Shown: one piece after another, positions 9,683-18,750 of the stretch
Layout: each line of letters begins with the position of its first letter
Numbering within the stretch: position 1 is the stretch's first letter
Origin: Candidatus Bipolaricaulota bacterium
Lineage (GTDB): Bacteria; Bipolaricaulota; Bipolaricaulia; UBA7950; UBA9294
Direction of reading: 5' to 3'
Length of the DNA: 64,000 nucleotides
Assembly (NCBI GenBank): GCA_028277345.1
Contig: JANQGM010000023.1
Location: 7,895-71,894 of the forward strand
Notes under the pieces: generated by a model
The model's input: only the letters and a program-made list of their open reading frames with translations
What the model was told of the DNA's origin: nothing
The model's database searches: none
Program-made: the position numbers and the translations under genes

Positions 9683-9711
9683 ACTATATTCGTGAACAAA
9701 ACTACTGTCAA
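9663..9711 (-). promoter_or_regulatory. Sigma70-type promoter (TTGACA-17-TATAGT) with three TGTTCACG operator half-sites
   Basis: Read on the minus strand: -35 TTGACA at 9711-9706, -10 TATAGT at 9688-9683. TGTTCACG occurs once in the spacer (9698-9691). A perfect palindrome TGTTCACG-TCA-CGTGAACA follows at 9681-9663, over the expected transcription start. Confidence 0.55.
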
Positions 9712-9868
9712 CCCTATTCTGATAATACGATCAATATAGACTTCAAATAAGCCGACCCCAACGACACCGCACTGATCCCTCTGCTGGACTAGAGAAATGC
9801 ACCTAGGGCGTGTACATGATGGGCCATCACTGCGGCAAGCTCTTGTTCATCTTCGGCTAGGAGTTCTT

Positions 9869-10900
9869 CTATCCGCTTGTTTCGACAACAACGGAAATCG
9901 GACGGTGGTCGCTCACATGTGCGCTCGCTGGGAGCGTACTATTGACGACATCAAAAACCTCGTGCTCCACCCAACCCGCCTTGCTTGGTACTTGAAGAGG
10001 CAAGCTGCCGTTGACCAACCCCTGGGTAAACAAAATGTGATCCAACAAGATCGTCTCCGGACGCTCAGGCATGATGAAGTCCTTGAACTTGGCTGTCCAT
10101 CTCAAATGATCGGCGCTGTCGAACAAAGCGTGATTAAGGAAGCGCCGCGCGAAGAAGATGTCGCCTTGGATATTCGAGATCAAATCGTGCAGCAGATACT
10201 CTCGCTCGAAATGCTCCTTGCCTGGACCGTCGTTTAGGTCGCCGAGAACAAAGATCCCGGGATTCTCCACCTGCGCGAACTTGGCATCGATATACTCGCG
10301 GACATTGGAAGCTTCCGTCGTCATTTTCGACCGTGCCTTGACGGCGCCGTCGACGACCTCTTCCCGATCTTCCCCGCCCTTTTTCCATTTGCTTTGCGCG
10401 CTGCGAACGAATTTGCTCTTCAGATGAAGACCGATGAACTCAATACGCGTTCCCTGCCAATCCAACACCAGTACTTGAGGATGTCGGTAGTGTCGATGCT
10501 TCTTGGAGATCCGCTCGCGTTCACCGGTTTGCCTGTTCTTCTGGATGTAATGAACGGGCCATGAGGCACTGCTGAACGTGTCCCACGTGGAGGCAGGCTG
10601 CAAACTCGTTTGCGAAACCAGCGCCGGCTTGACTAAAAACCAGATCCATTGTGTGCCGTTGATCTTGTAGTCTTTCGTCGGCTCCTTCACGGGCACCCAC
10701 TCGCTATTGAGGATGTTGTTGGAAAACTGATCGATACCCACAGCATGCGCCGGTCCCTCAATCACGCACAGAATATCCGGGTCGATCTCCTGGATCGTCT
10801 TAGCGATGCCTGCTTGGCGTTGCTGGGCCGAGTCCGTGTCTTTAGGCAGTAGCTTGTGAAGATGCTTGATGTTCCAGGACGTAACTTTCAGTTTCCCCAT
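9869..10900 (-). CDS. Endonuclease/exonuclease/phosphatase (EEP) family protein
   Basis: Start MGKLKVTSWNIKHL behind AGGAGG (6-nt spacer). Motifs ILCVIEGP, GDLNDGPG and the C-terminal SDHRPISVVV are the EEP catalytic landmarks. Confidence 0.8.
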   Translation of the reverse strand: MGKLKVTSWNIKHLHKLLPKDTDSAQQRQAGIAKTIQEIDPDILCVIEGPAHAVGIDQFSNNILNSEWVPVKEPTKDYKINGTQWIWFLVKPALVSQTSLQPASTWDTFSSASWPVHYIQKNRQTGERERISKKHRHYRHPQVLVLDWQGTRIEFIGLHLKSKFVRSAQSKWKKGGEDREEVVDGAVKARSKMTTEASNVREYIDAKFAQVENPGIFVLGDLNDGPGKEHFEREYLLHDLISNIQGDIFFARRFLNHALFDSADHLRWTAKFKDFIMPERPETILLDHILFTQGLVNGSLPLQVPSKAGWVEHEVFDVVNSTLPASAHVSDHRPISVVVETSG

Positions 10901-11071
10901 GATGACCTCCTGGTGATAACGTTCTATCACATACTAGAAATTGTCAGAGTGTGCGTCAAAAACGGTTCAAGAAGCTTCGATTTACAGCTGACCTGAATCG
11001 CTGGACACTTCCTATGGCTACAGAATCCGCATCGTCGTACACTTACTCCAACACGGCGGCGAGGAGAACTA

Positions 11072-12448
11072 ATGAAAATCACGTTTGGTGGTGCGGCAGA
11101 AACCGTCACAGGCTCATGCCATCTGGTCGAAGTTGATGGACTCCGGGTGGTATTGGATTGCGGGTTCTTTCAAGGTGGACGCAAGCGTGAGGACCTGAAT
11201 CGAGAGCCGTTTCCCTTTGATCCCAAGAGCGTGGATGCTGTTCTGCTCTCACATGCCCATCTCGACCATTGCGGACGTCTGCCGCTCTTGGTCGATCGCG
11301 GCTTCTCTGGTCCCATCTATTGCACGCCGCCGACCGCCGACATCTCGAAACTGATCCTGGCCGATTCCGCCAGCCTGCAAATGAGCGAAGCCGCCTACAA
11401 GGCACGCAAGGCCGAGCGATTGGGACGCGAACCCGAGCCGCCCTTGTACGATATGGATGACGTCATGCGCACCGTTCGCCTGTTCCAGCCGGTCTCCGGC
11501 TACAACGCGCCGGTTCAACTCAATGACAAGGTCACCGCCGTCTTCCACGATGCCGGTCACATCCTCGGATCGGCCGCGATTGAGCTGCGTACCTCCAATG
11601 GAACCCTGTTGTTCAGTGGGGATCTCGGCAATCGCGATCAGCCGATCGTGGAAGACCCATGCACGCCGCCCAAGGCCGATGTGTTGCTTATCGAGTCCAC
11701 CTACGGAGATCGTGCGCACAAGAGTATGGAGGACACGTTGGCCGAGCTTCGCGAAGCCATTCACACCGTCATCCCCAATGGCGGGAACCTGATGATCCCC
11801 TCCTTTGCGCTGGAACGCACCCAAGAGGTGCTCTACGAGATCTTCAAGCTGTGGGAAGCCAAGGATCTGCCTCGGTGCCGCATCTTCCTCGACAGCCCAC
11901 TGGCCATCAGCACGACCAAGGTGTTCGCGCGCTATCGCGACTACTACGACGCCGAAGCACGTGCCGTCTTTGATGGCGAGCCCAATCCCTTCAGCTTCAC
12001 GCCGCTTCGGTTTACGCAGTCGACCGAGGAATCCAAAGCCATCAACCGCGCCGGGCGAGGCAACATCATCATCGCGGGAAGTGGCATGTGTACGGGCGGA
12101 CGCATCATCCACCACTTGCGCCATAACTTGTGGCACGACAAGTCCGGCATCCTGTTCGTCGGCTACCAAGCGGTGGGAACGCGGGGGCGGCACATCGTCG
12201 ATGGGGCAGAGTCAATCAAGATCTGGGGGGAAGAGATTGCCGTCAAGGCCCAGATGTGGACGACCAATGGTTTCTCGTCTCACGCCGATCAACCCATCCT
12301 GCTCGATTGGATTCGTCGTGCCGATCCCGAGCATCTCGTGCTCATCCATGGGGAAGACGAGATCCTCGACACGTTTGCGTCCAAGATCAAGGCCGATCTG
12401 TCGAAGGAATCGCACGTCGCGAAACTGGGTGAGACGATTGTCGTGTAG
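11072..12448 (+). CDS. MBL-fold beta-CASP ribonuclease (RNase J / CPSF-like)
   Basis: 458 aa. MKITFGGAAETVTGSCHLVE...VLDCGFFQG, the HxHxDH motif (SHAHLDHCG), and the beta-CASP and C-terminal motifs (GFSSHAD, VLIHGE). GAGGAG RBS. Confidence 0.85.
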   Translation: MKITFGGAAETVTGSCHLVEVDGLRVVLDCGFFQGGRKREDLNREPFPFDPKSVDAVLLSHAHLDHCGRLPLLVDRGFSGPIYCTPPTADISKLILADSASLQMSEAAYKARKAERLGREPEPPLYDMDDVMRTVRLFQPVSGYNAPVQLNDKVTAVFHDAGHILGSAAIELRTSNGTLLFSGDLGNRDQPIVEDPCTPPKADVLLIESTYGDRAHKSMEDTLAELREAIHTVIPNGGNLMIPSFALERTQEVLYEIFKLWEAKDLPRCRIFLDSPLAISTTKVFARYRDYYDAEARAVFDGEPNPFSFTPLRFTQSTEESKAINRAGRGNIIIAGSGMCTGGRIIHHLRHNLWHDKSGILFVGYQAVGTRGRHIVDGAESIKIWGEEIAVKAQMWTTNGFSSHADQPILLDWIRRADPEHLVLIHGEDEILDTFASKIKADLSKESHVAKLGETIVV

Positions 12449-12640
12449 CTCCACGCCGGGCCACCACAAGCCTACCTCTATGACTAGCTGAACGAAGGTA
12501 ATACCGCCGATTCTTCCACTCCCTGGATTGGTCACTCGATCGAATAGATCGTCAATGAGCGTGAGAAAACGCATCCCACAAGAAGATCATCCCCGCGTTT
12601 CTCAAACATCGGCTGCGGATGACTGTTCACGTTTTGAGGA

Positions 12641-13072
12641 TTAACGAGTCACCAACCACGCACCTAATGCGACGATTATGGTTCCAGCCACTCTTGAGAA
12701 GTCGAGGGTGCGCACCTCCAGCCCGAGAACGCCCAATCGATCAAAAACAACACCGACAATCAGCTGAGCGGCAATGCTCAAGACAAGTGTAGCTGTGATG
12801 CCGATTCGTGGAATGGCGAAGGCCAACGTCGCCATCACGCCCATGCCGAGTGGCCCCGCTAGCAGCATAGTCCAGGGCAATGTCCTCCATGCTGGAGCAA
12901 TCGGCATCCCGCGTGCAACGATGATCAGCGCCACGACAACGAGTCCAGTGACGTTGACCAATAGCACACTCCACAGCAACCCCAATTTCTCTGCCACAAG
13001 TGCCGTCAAAGGCATCTGGATGGCAATTCCTGTACCCGCACACAACACGGCAAACGCAATCATTGCTGACAT
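12641..13072 (-). CDS. DMT-superfamily membrane protein, DUF606/YdcZ-like
   Basis: Start MSAMIAFAVL behind GGAGG (7-nt spacer). ~143 aa with 4-5 TM helices. The C-terminal pattern QLIVGVVFDRLGVLG...R..G..IV.LGAWL is typical of DUF606. Confidence 0.65.
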   Translation of the reverse strand: MSAMIAFAVLCAGTGIAIQMPLTALVAEKLGLLWSVLLVNVTGLVVVALIIVARGMPIAPAWRTLPWTMLLAGPLGMGVMATLAFAIPRIGITATLVLSIAAQLIVGVVFDRLGVLGLEVRTLDFSRVAGTIIVALGAWLVTR

Positions 13073-13244
13073 AGTCAACCTCCGGATTGTGTGAGCCGAA
13101 CCGTGTGTGAACTGCAACGGAACCGGGTCCTACCCTGTAGTGGATGAGTCCACTACTCTCTCACATAGATGGAATCAGTATGGTACTGGATAGTCGGCTG
13201 TGTCAAAGCCCAAGACAACTATTCGTGCTTTCCGAAGTAGAGCG

Positions 13245-13523
13245 TTAGGGTGTGACGCCGCCGAGCTCGTTGGCTTCGTTCTCAGGCCAGCGGTTGAAAT
13301 AGTCGTCGGCGTAGGCTGGAACGACCAAAGAGATCGTCGCCTGAATGAAAGACGTTGCCCCTTCCAAGAGCAGATAGAAGGGGCCCCGGCGATAGCCCTG
13401 TAACGTGTGGCCGTATTCGTGACGTAGGATGTTCTCCGTCACTAACGAGGGATGAAGAAAGATGTACTGCCCGAGCGATACGCCGATCGGCGCACGCGTG
13501 ACAATCACCGTCACCTCATTCAT
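13245..13523 (-). CDS. Small HExxH (zincin-like) protein
   Basis: 92 aa with GAGGA RBS 9 nt upstream. Contains ILRHEYGHTLQ, an HExxH...Q arrangement reminiscent of DUF4157-type zincins. Short and unverified. Confidence 0.35.
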   Translation of the reverse strand: MNEVTVIVTRAPIGVSLGQYIFLHPSLVTENILRHEYGHTLQGYRRGPFYLLLEGATSFIQATISLVVPAYADDYFNRWPENEANELGGVTP

Positions 13524-13536
13524 CTGGGCTGTGTCC

Positions 13537-13794
13537 TCAAACCGTCCCCATCAATTGCAGCAGGCCATAGAGCAGCGTGCCCAGCACGTTCTGAGGCAGA
13601 CAGAAGGTCGCTTGGGCGAGGCGGCGACGAACCAGCGTGTCCTCGGAAAGAGGTTCTATGCGCCCGGCCATTTCCTCAATAGACGTCGGGACATTCGCAG
13701 GAGGATCGGCACAAACGAGGAGCCCCGCGAAGCTGATGCCCAGGCATACCAGCCCGCAGATCAAGAATGCGTGGCACAAGCTTTTCGGGTTCAT
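13537..13794 (-). CDS. Possible small membrane protein upstream of the HExxH gene
   Basis: Internal ATG (13794) of the 134-aa ORF gives MNPKSLCHAFLICGLVCLGISFAGLLVCA.... It ends 13 nt before the next start. The longer version would overlap the aldolase gene start, so it is trimmed. Weak evidence. Confidence 0.2.
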   Translation of the reverse strand: MNPKSLCHAFLICGLVCLGISFAGLLVCADPPANVPTSIEEMAGRIEPLSEDTLVRRRLAQATFCLPQNVLGTLLYGLLQLMGTV

Positions 13795-13870
13795 GCCACA
13801 GCATAGCGAAAAGGGGACTTCCCTCGCTGACGCAGTCCACTGGGAGCACGAGAAGCCTTTGGAGGAACTT

Positions 13871-14635
13871 ATGTCGCAATCCAGCTTGAAGGAACGCCTG
13901 CAACGCGGAGAGCCGGTGATCGGGTCCATCGTCAGTGCCAATGCACCGGATTCCGCCGAGGTGATGGCACTCGTTGGATTTGACTACTTGTGGATCGAAG
14001 GCGAGCACTCGCCAATGGGGTTCGGTGATATCCAAACGTTGATTCAAGCCATCGGAGGACGTTGTCCGGCCATCGTCAGGATTCCTGAGAATGCCGATGT
14101 CTGGTTCAAGAAGGCCCTGGATACGGGTTGCGACGGCTTGGTCGTGCCTCAAGTCAACTCCGCAGATGACGCGCGCCGTGCCGTGGCTAGTGCCTTCTAT
14201 CCGCCGATGGGAACTCGTAGCGTGGGAATCACGCGAGCGCAAGGGTACGGAACAGCGTTCAACGACTATGTGGAGACCATCAACGACCGCCTGCTCCTTG
14301 TCCTCCAAATCGAGCACGTGCGTGGGGTCGAGAACGTCGACGAGATCGTCAACGTCCCCGGCATTGGCGCCCTTCTTGTCGGACCCTTTGATCTTAGCGG
14401 GAGTTTAGGGCTGCTTGGCCAAACGACGCATCCGGAGGTTGAGGCACGAATCGAAACCGTCCGCATCGCTTGTGAGAAGGCGGACATTCCCCTTGGTATC
14501 TTCGCCGTCGATGCCCCAACAGCCAAGCGCTACATCGAGCGAGGATTCCGGCTGATTTGCCTTGCCGCTGACACGACGTTCATGTATCGAGGGGCATCCG
14601 AAGCCCTTGCTGAAGTCCGAGGAGGAGGGCAATGA
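13871..14635 (+). CDS. HpcH/HpaI family aldolase
   Basis: ATG at 13871 behind GGAGGA. LKERLQRGEPVIGSIV...DYLWIEGEHSPMG...IVRIPEN...GCDGLVVPQVNSADDA...LQIEHV follows the HpcH/HpaI TIM-barrel aldolase pattern. ORF-track start 13637 is an extension. Confidence 0.8.
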   Translation: MSQSSLKERLQRGEPVIGSIVSANAPDSAEVMALVGFDYLWIEGEHSPMGFGDIQTLIQAIGGRCPAIVRIPENADVWFKKALDTGCDGLVVPQVNSADDARRAVASAFYPPMGTRSVGITRAQGYGTAFNDYVETINDRLLLVLQIEHVRGVENVDEIVNVPGIGALLVGPFDLSGSLGLLGQTTHPEVEARIETVRIACEKADIPLGIFAVDAPTAKRYIERGFRLICLAADTTFMYRGASEALAEVRGGGQ

Positions 14636-15201
14636 GTACAGAGACGAAGATCCTCGCCGTCGTTGGCAGTCCCCGCATTGGCGGGAACACGGATGTCCTC
14701 GTCGACGAAGTGTTGGCAGGCGCTGAAGAGAAGGGAGCGGTCACTGAGAAGATCTACCTCGGACGTTCGACCATCGGGCCATGTCATGCCTGCGATGCTT
14801 GTGAGGGCACGGGCGTATGCTTCCAGCGCGATGACATGGACCACATCCTGCAGCGCATGGAAGACAGCGACATCTGGGTACTGGGAACGCCCGTCTACTG
14901 GTGGGGCGCAACCGCTCAATTCAAGCTCTTCCTCGACCGGTGGTATGGCCCGTGGCATGACAACGAACCCAAGAAGGCCTTCCAGAACAAGAAGATCGCC
15001 CTCGTCATCACCATGGGCGACACTGACGCATCGACTGCTGATCCGACGCTCAACATGTTCGTGCGCTCGTTTGACTACATCGGACTTGAGCTTGCCGCCA
15101 CCCTTCTCGCACCTGGGGTCTACGGTTTTGGGGATGCGGAAGCATCAAATGAAATCATGAGGAACGCAAGAGATGCTGGTCAATTGCTCGCTTGCAGCTG
15201 A
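14632..15201 (+). CDS. Flavodoxin-like FMN reductase / iron-sulfur flavoprotein family (paralogue of 758-1324)
   Basis: 189 aa. KILAVVGSPRIGGNTDVLV, CHACDACEGTGVC, LGTPVYWWG. ATGA overlap with the aldolase stop. Confidence 0.75.
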   Translation: MSTETKILAVVGSPRIGGNTDVLVDEVLAGAEEKGAVTEKIYLGRSTIGPCHACDACEGTGVCFQRDDMDHILQRMEDSDIWVLGTPVYWWGATAQFKLFLDRWYGPWHDNEPKKAFQNKKIALVITMGDTDASTADPTLNMFVRSFDYIGLELAATLLAPGVYGFGDAEASNEIMRNARDAGQLLACS

Positions 15202-15396
15202 ATTGTTGCCTTCCAGATCATCTCCCACTTGCATCGCTGGATAGAGGGTGACGTGTGCCCGATTATGATATGATGCAATCATGGATCAATCTAGCGCCCC
15301 ATAGAACAGCAAACCCAGGGAGTTTCAAAGCAAATCGATCGCTGTGCGAGCAATGTGCCGTCGAACAGCCCATTCTTCAAACTATGGATTTCTCCT

Positions 15397-15579
15397 CTAG
15401 TCGGGCGATGAGTATCCAGTGAGAGTCCAAGTGAATTGAGTATTGTGTCCCCGGAATTCCTGAGCTTTGGTCAGTAGATTCGAAAGGAGTTCTTCTGCTT
15501 GCGGAGCGTTGCCAACGCAATTCTGGCATTTGATCGGATTAATCCTCAATCGCCATTCGGAACCTTCTTCATACCCCAA
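15397..15579 (-). CDS. 60-aa ORF downstream of the ATPase gene, possibly a remnant or small third component
   Basis: Starts 28 nt after the ATPase stop, on the same strand, within the low-GC patch. Contains a single CQNC. No RBS or family recognised. Confidence 0.2.
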   Translation of the reverse strand: MGYEEGSEWRLRINPIKCQNCVGNAPQAEELLSNLLTKAQEFRGHNTQFTWTLTGYSSPD

Positions 15580-15606
15580 CCTAATCTTTGCGTCGAACCC
15601 TTAGAC

Positions 15607-18600
15607 TCAACGTGGCAGTTCGATCGACCGAAACGCCTCTCCCAAGAAGTCGAATTTCCTTCGGAATAAGCTTGACAGCTTGGGATCCGCAGTTGCGAGA
15701 AAAACCTGCTTGTCAGAGTTTCTTACAATCAGTCGAAGAACATCGAAAAACGCCAATGCATTTAGGTCATCGAAGTACATCAATGGCTCATCAAGCAAGA
15801 TGTATGGTGGAGCAGTAGTTACACAGCTATTCATTGCGAGAAACAGTGAAAGCGCCAGTGCTGCTCTCTGCCCCGCACTAAGGCGTGTGATCGGAAGCAG
15901 ACTTCCTTGCTCTCTGGGGACGGCCACTAGTCCGGATTTTCTCAACTTGATTCCGCTGAAATCCCTTGGCCAGCAAAGAATGGAGAATAACTCGTCAAGC
16001 AGCTCAAGGCTGGACTCCAAATACATCCCAACAATCTTTGTCCCGCTGCTTGCCCCCTCAATTATTGATTGAAGAACCTCCTGCCAAGACTCAATAGACT
16101 CGCAGATTCTTTTCTCTTCTCTTGCCTTTTCGTGCGCTGTGTCCGCTTGGCGTTCTAGTCGTCGAACTAACAGGCTGGCTGCTTTCGATGAATCGCTATC
16201 TCTTCTGTATGCACTAATTCGAGCTGCGATCTTTCTCAGCAGTTCGAGGGAATCGCCCACGGTTTGTCTCCCCGCGTCACCAGCGATTTCAAGAAGCCCA
16301 TTACCAAGGTCAGCGATTTCCGCCAATTTGTCCTCAATGTGAGAGATTCGCTTCTTGACGTCCATCTCTCCGAACGGAATTCTGGCTTTCTGAAGGATCT
16401 CCTTAACCTCGGAGTTGATGTTCGAGATTCTCAACTCGGTTGATTCAATATCACTTTCTACTTGAACGAGACTGAGTTGGGTCTCTTGAAACTGCGAATC
16501 GTATTTCACGAGGTGCTCTGAGCCCACCTTCAGTTTCGGATAGCGCTTGGTTATCTCGTCTTCTAGTTCAGCTAGCCTGACTTCAGTTAGACCTCTCGAT
16601 TCCAGATCAGTGCGAACTGATTTCAGTTCCAGCAGCGTGTTCTCATAACGTGTAAGAGCAGAGCGAAATGCCCGAAACCTCCTGTTGAGATCACGGATTC
16701 CAAGATCGTCAACAAACACATCTGGAAGCAGGCGTTTGGCAGCAACCTGGGCAGTTTGAAGAATGTGCAATCGGCGCTGTATTTGGTCAATCTGTTTCAG
16801 GTGCTCCGCTCTATCAAGCTCAAGATCAGCCAAAGAGGAGGCCAAGGCATCATCAGTCCGAAGATCCATAACTCGACGTTCAAGTTCGTCCCGTTGATAA
16901 GAGTGATTACACAACGGACATTCTTTTCTATCCGGTTGGATATTCAGTATTTCTGTTCCCGAGGAGATCAGCTCCTCGAGCAATCTCGTGATCTCCCCTG
17001 CTTTGTTGCGCAATCGCTCAAGCTTCTCAGATCTCCGCTGCTGTGCTGCACTCTCTCTGCGCAGTTCACTACGAGTGTCAGCAATCAGTTTGCCAATGGC
17101 CTCTTGCCCCGCAATTGCATTTGCAAAGCCTATCTCGTCTACATCCTTCAGCGAGGATGAGATATGTTGAATTTGCTCCGAAACGCTTTCTATTTGCTGA
17201 GACAGCCCGATTAGCTCGCCTCCATTGGGAGCAGACATGTACTTCCTGAGTTCCTCCAGCGTTTCGAGCGATTGCTGCAAGATTGCTGCATCTGTGCGAT
17301 CCTTCTTCAACTTCGATTCCAGTTTTCCTAGCTCTATATCCCTGATTTCTACATGTGAAGCGATCTGCCTAAACTCCCCCCGTTCTTCATCAACCTCACG
17401 GAGTGGAATATCGAGAAGCCACGGATTTGCAGAGCCAACCAACTCAATGCGATCTATCAGAGTTGGGATCTTAGTTTCCAACTCTTGTATTCCCTCCTGA
17501 GTCTCCAACCACTCGGCATTGATCTTGAGGCTTTTGAGTTCATTTCGGAGATTAGGGAAGAGGGAACTTTCAAACCCAGTGGCTTCATCTCTTGCTTGTG
17601 TCAAACTCGATCGAATCCGAGCGCGCTCATGAGAATACTGCTCCAGAAGCCGTTCGTGAGATCGTAGCCTCTCTGCTAATCGACTTCCAATGCCTCTTGC
17701 CCGCTCTAGGATGATAGCAGCCTCACGACCAAGCACGAGACCTTCCAATGCCCGACCGATTTCATCTCGCCCAGTGCTTTTGGCCAGCCTTGTCGCTGCA
17801 TCTGTGTCAAAAAAGTTGAATCTCCCAAAGGCTTCGTGAAGTCTATTGGTTCTGGATTTGTGAATCCCATACCAAGAGAGTGCCCGGGAACGGTACTCAG
17901 CGGGCTTGAGAGATCGATTCCATCTATATCTCCTAGCTCCCGCAAATCTTAATCCAATCTGCCTTATCGCCTCAGGATCCTTTGGGTTTCGATAGGTCTT
18001 CCCGCACGTCCAAAGCTCAATGGCCTCGAGCAGCGATGTTTTGCCTGCTCCATTTCGGCCAGCAATCAGATTTACTTGTCCGAAATCAAACACCTTGTTT
18101 TGAAGACAGGGCCTGTATTTCCGAAGAGACATGGATCGAATGCTATGAACTGAGTTCTTCGGGGCAATCTGAATGGGAGATCCCGAAGAAGGATTCACAC
18201 CTTTAATCGGGCTCCCTTCCATGAGTCGACCAACAACTTTGTCCATCGCCTCCGATTCGATATATACGCCATCAAGATCTGCATTGTGCAATCGTTGGAT
18301 CCAATCACCAATCAGATCTGGAGGGGCAATGGACAAAGAGGATCTCAGCTTGTCGAATCTCCTCGGAAGCTCTGAGAACACCTCAGATTCAGCAACCACA
18401 AGCTTTCTTGCGTATGTCAGATCCTCTTCAAGTTCAGTAGCGAAGCCAGAGGTTCGAATTGCACGACACTGCTCTTCTGGATAAACGAGAACCAAATAGA
18501 GATTCCACTTCAGCGCACCTGGAGAAGAGTAATACTCTTCGCTAAGTGTAGTATCCTGGTATTCCTTAAACTTCTCTTGCGATGTAATGGATGACGCATC

Positions 18601-18750
18601 AGATTCGATAAAAAGCTTTCCGGCCAGTCCATTGGAGAAAAACGGGGCAGACACTAGATGGTCATTCACCAGTTTGGGAGACGATGCAAAAGATGATACG
18701 ACTTGCAGAATTCTGCTCGTTCTAGAAGTCATGTTCTCGATTGATTGCAT
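15607..18750 (-). CDS. Rad50/SMC-like ABC ATPase with central CxxC hook motif and an uncharacterised N-terminal module
   Basis: Maximal ORF 15607-18768 (1053 aa). The best RBS (GAGGA, 5-nt spacer) favours ATG 18750; other in-frame ATGs are at 18768 and 18732. Walker A GRNGAGKT (18037-18060) appears only at aa 237. About 700 aa of charged, heptad-like sequence follow, with CPLC (16909-16920, aa 617-620) near the midpoint. LSAGQR signature (15865-15882), Walker B YILLDEP (15784-15804). Confidence 0.85.
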   Translation of the reverse strand: MQSIENMTSRTSRILQVVSSFASSPKLVNDHLVSAPFFSNGLAGKLFIESDASSITSQEKFKEYQDTTLSEEYYSSPGALKWNLYLVLVYPEEQCRAIRTSGFATELEEDLTYARKLVVAESEVFSELPRRFDKLRSSLSIAPPDLIGDWIQRLHNADLDGVYIESEAMDKVVGRLMEGSPIKGVNPSSGSPIQIAPKNSVHSIRSMSLRKYRPCLQNKVFDFGQVNLIAGRNGAGKTSLLEAIELWTCGKTYRNPKDPEAIRQIGLRFAGARRYRWNRSLKPAEYRSRALSWYGIHKSRTNRLHEAFGRFNFFDTDAATRLAKSTGRDEIGRALEGLVLGREAAIILERARGIGSRLAERLRSHERLLEQYSHERARIRSSLTQARDEATGFESSLFPNLRNELKSLKINAEWLETQEGIQELETKIPTLIDRIELVGSANPWLLDIPLREVDEERGEFRQIASHVEIRDIELGKLESKLKKDRTDAAILQQSLETLEELRKYMSAPNGGELIGLSQQIESVSEQIQHISSSLKDVDEIGFANAIAGQEAIGKLIADTRSELRRESAAQQRRSEKLERLRNKAGEITRLLEELISSGTEILNIQPDRKECPLCNHSYQRDELERRVMDLRTDDALASSLADLELDRAEHLKQIDQIQRRLHILQTAQVAAKRLLPDVFVDDLGIRDLNRRFRAFRSALTRYENTLLELKSVRTDLESRGLTEVRLAELEDEITKRYPKLKVGSEHLVKYDSQFQETQLSLVQVESDIESTELRISNINSEVKEILQKARIPFGEMDVKKRISHIEDKLAEIADLGNGLLEIAGDAGRQTVGDSLELLRKIAARISAYRRDSDSSKAASLLVRRLERQADTAHEKAREEKRICESIESWQEVLQSIIEGASSGTKIVGMYLESSLELLDELFSILCWPRDFSGIKLRKSGLVAVPREQGSLLPITRLSAGQRAALALSLFLAMNSCVTTAPPYILLDEPLMYFDDLNALAFFDVLRLIVRNSDKQVFLATADPKLSSLFRRKFDFLGEAFRSIELPR

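Noticed and set aside
11249-12193. 314-aa minus-strand ORF
   Set aside because: Antisense to the beta-CASP RNase gene, with no motifs. Shadow ORF.
13637-13870. 78-codon N-terminal extension of the aldolase ORF
   Set aside because: The family-conserved sequence starts at ATG 13871, directly behind GGAGGA. The extension is low-complexity and overlaps the minus-strand small ORF.
18451-18460. ggttcgaatt resembling a tRNA T-arm
   Set aside because: It lies inside the ATPase coding sequence, with no flanking acceptor or anticodon stem complementarity. I found no tRNA in any intergenic spacer.
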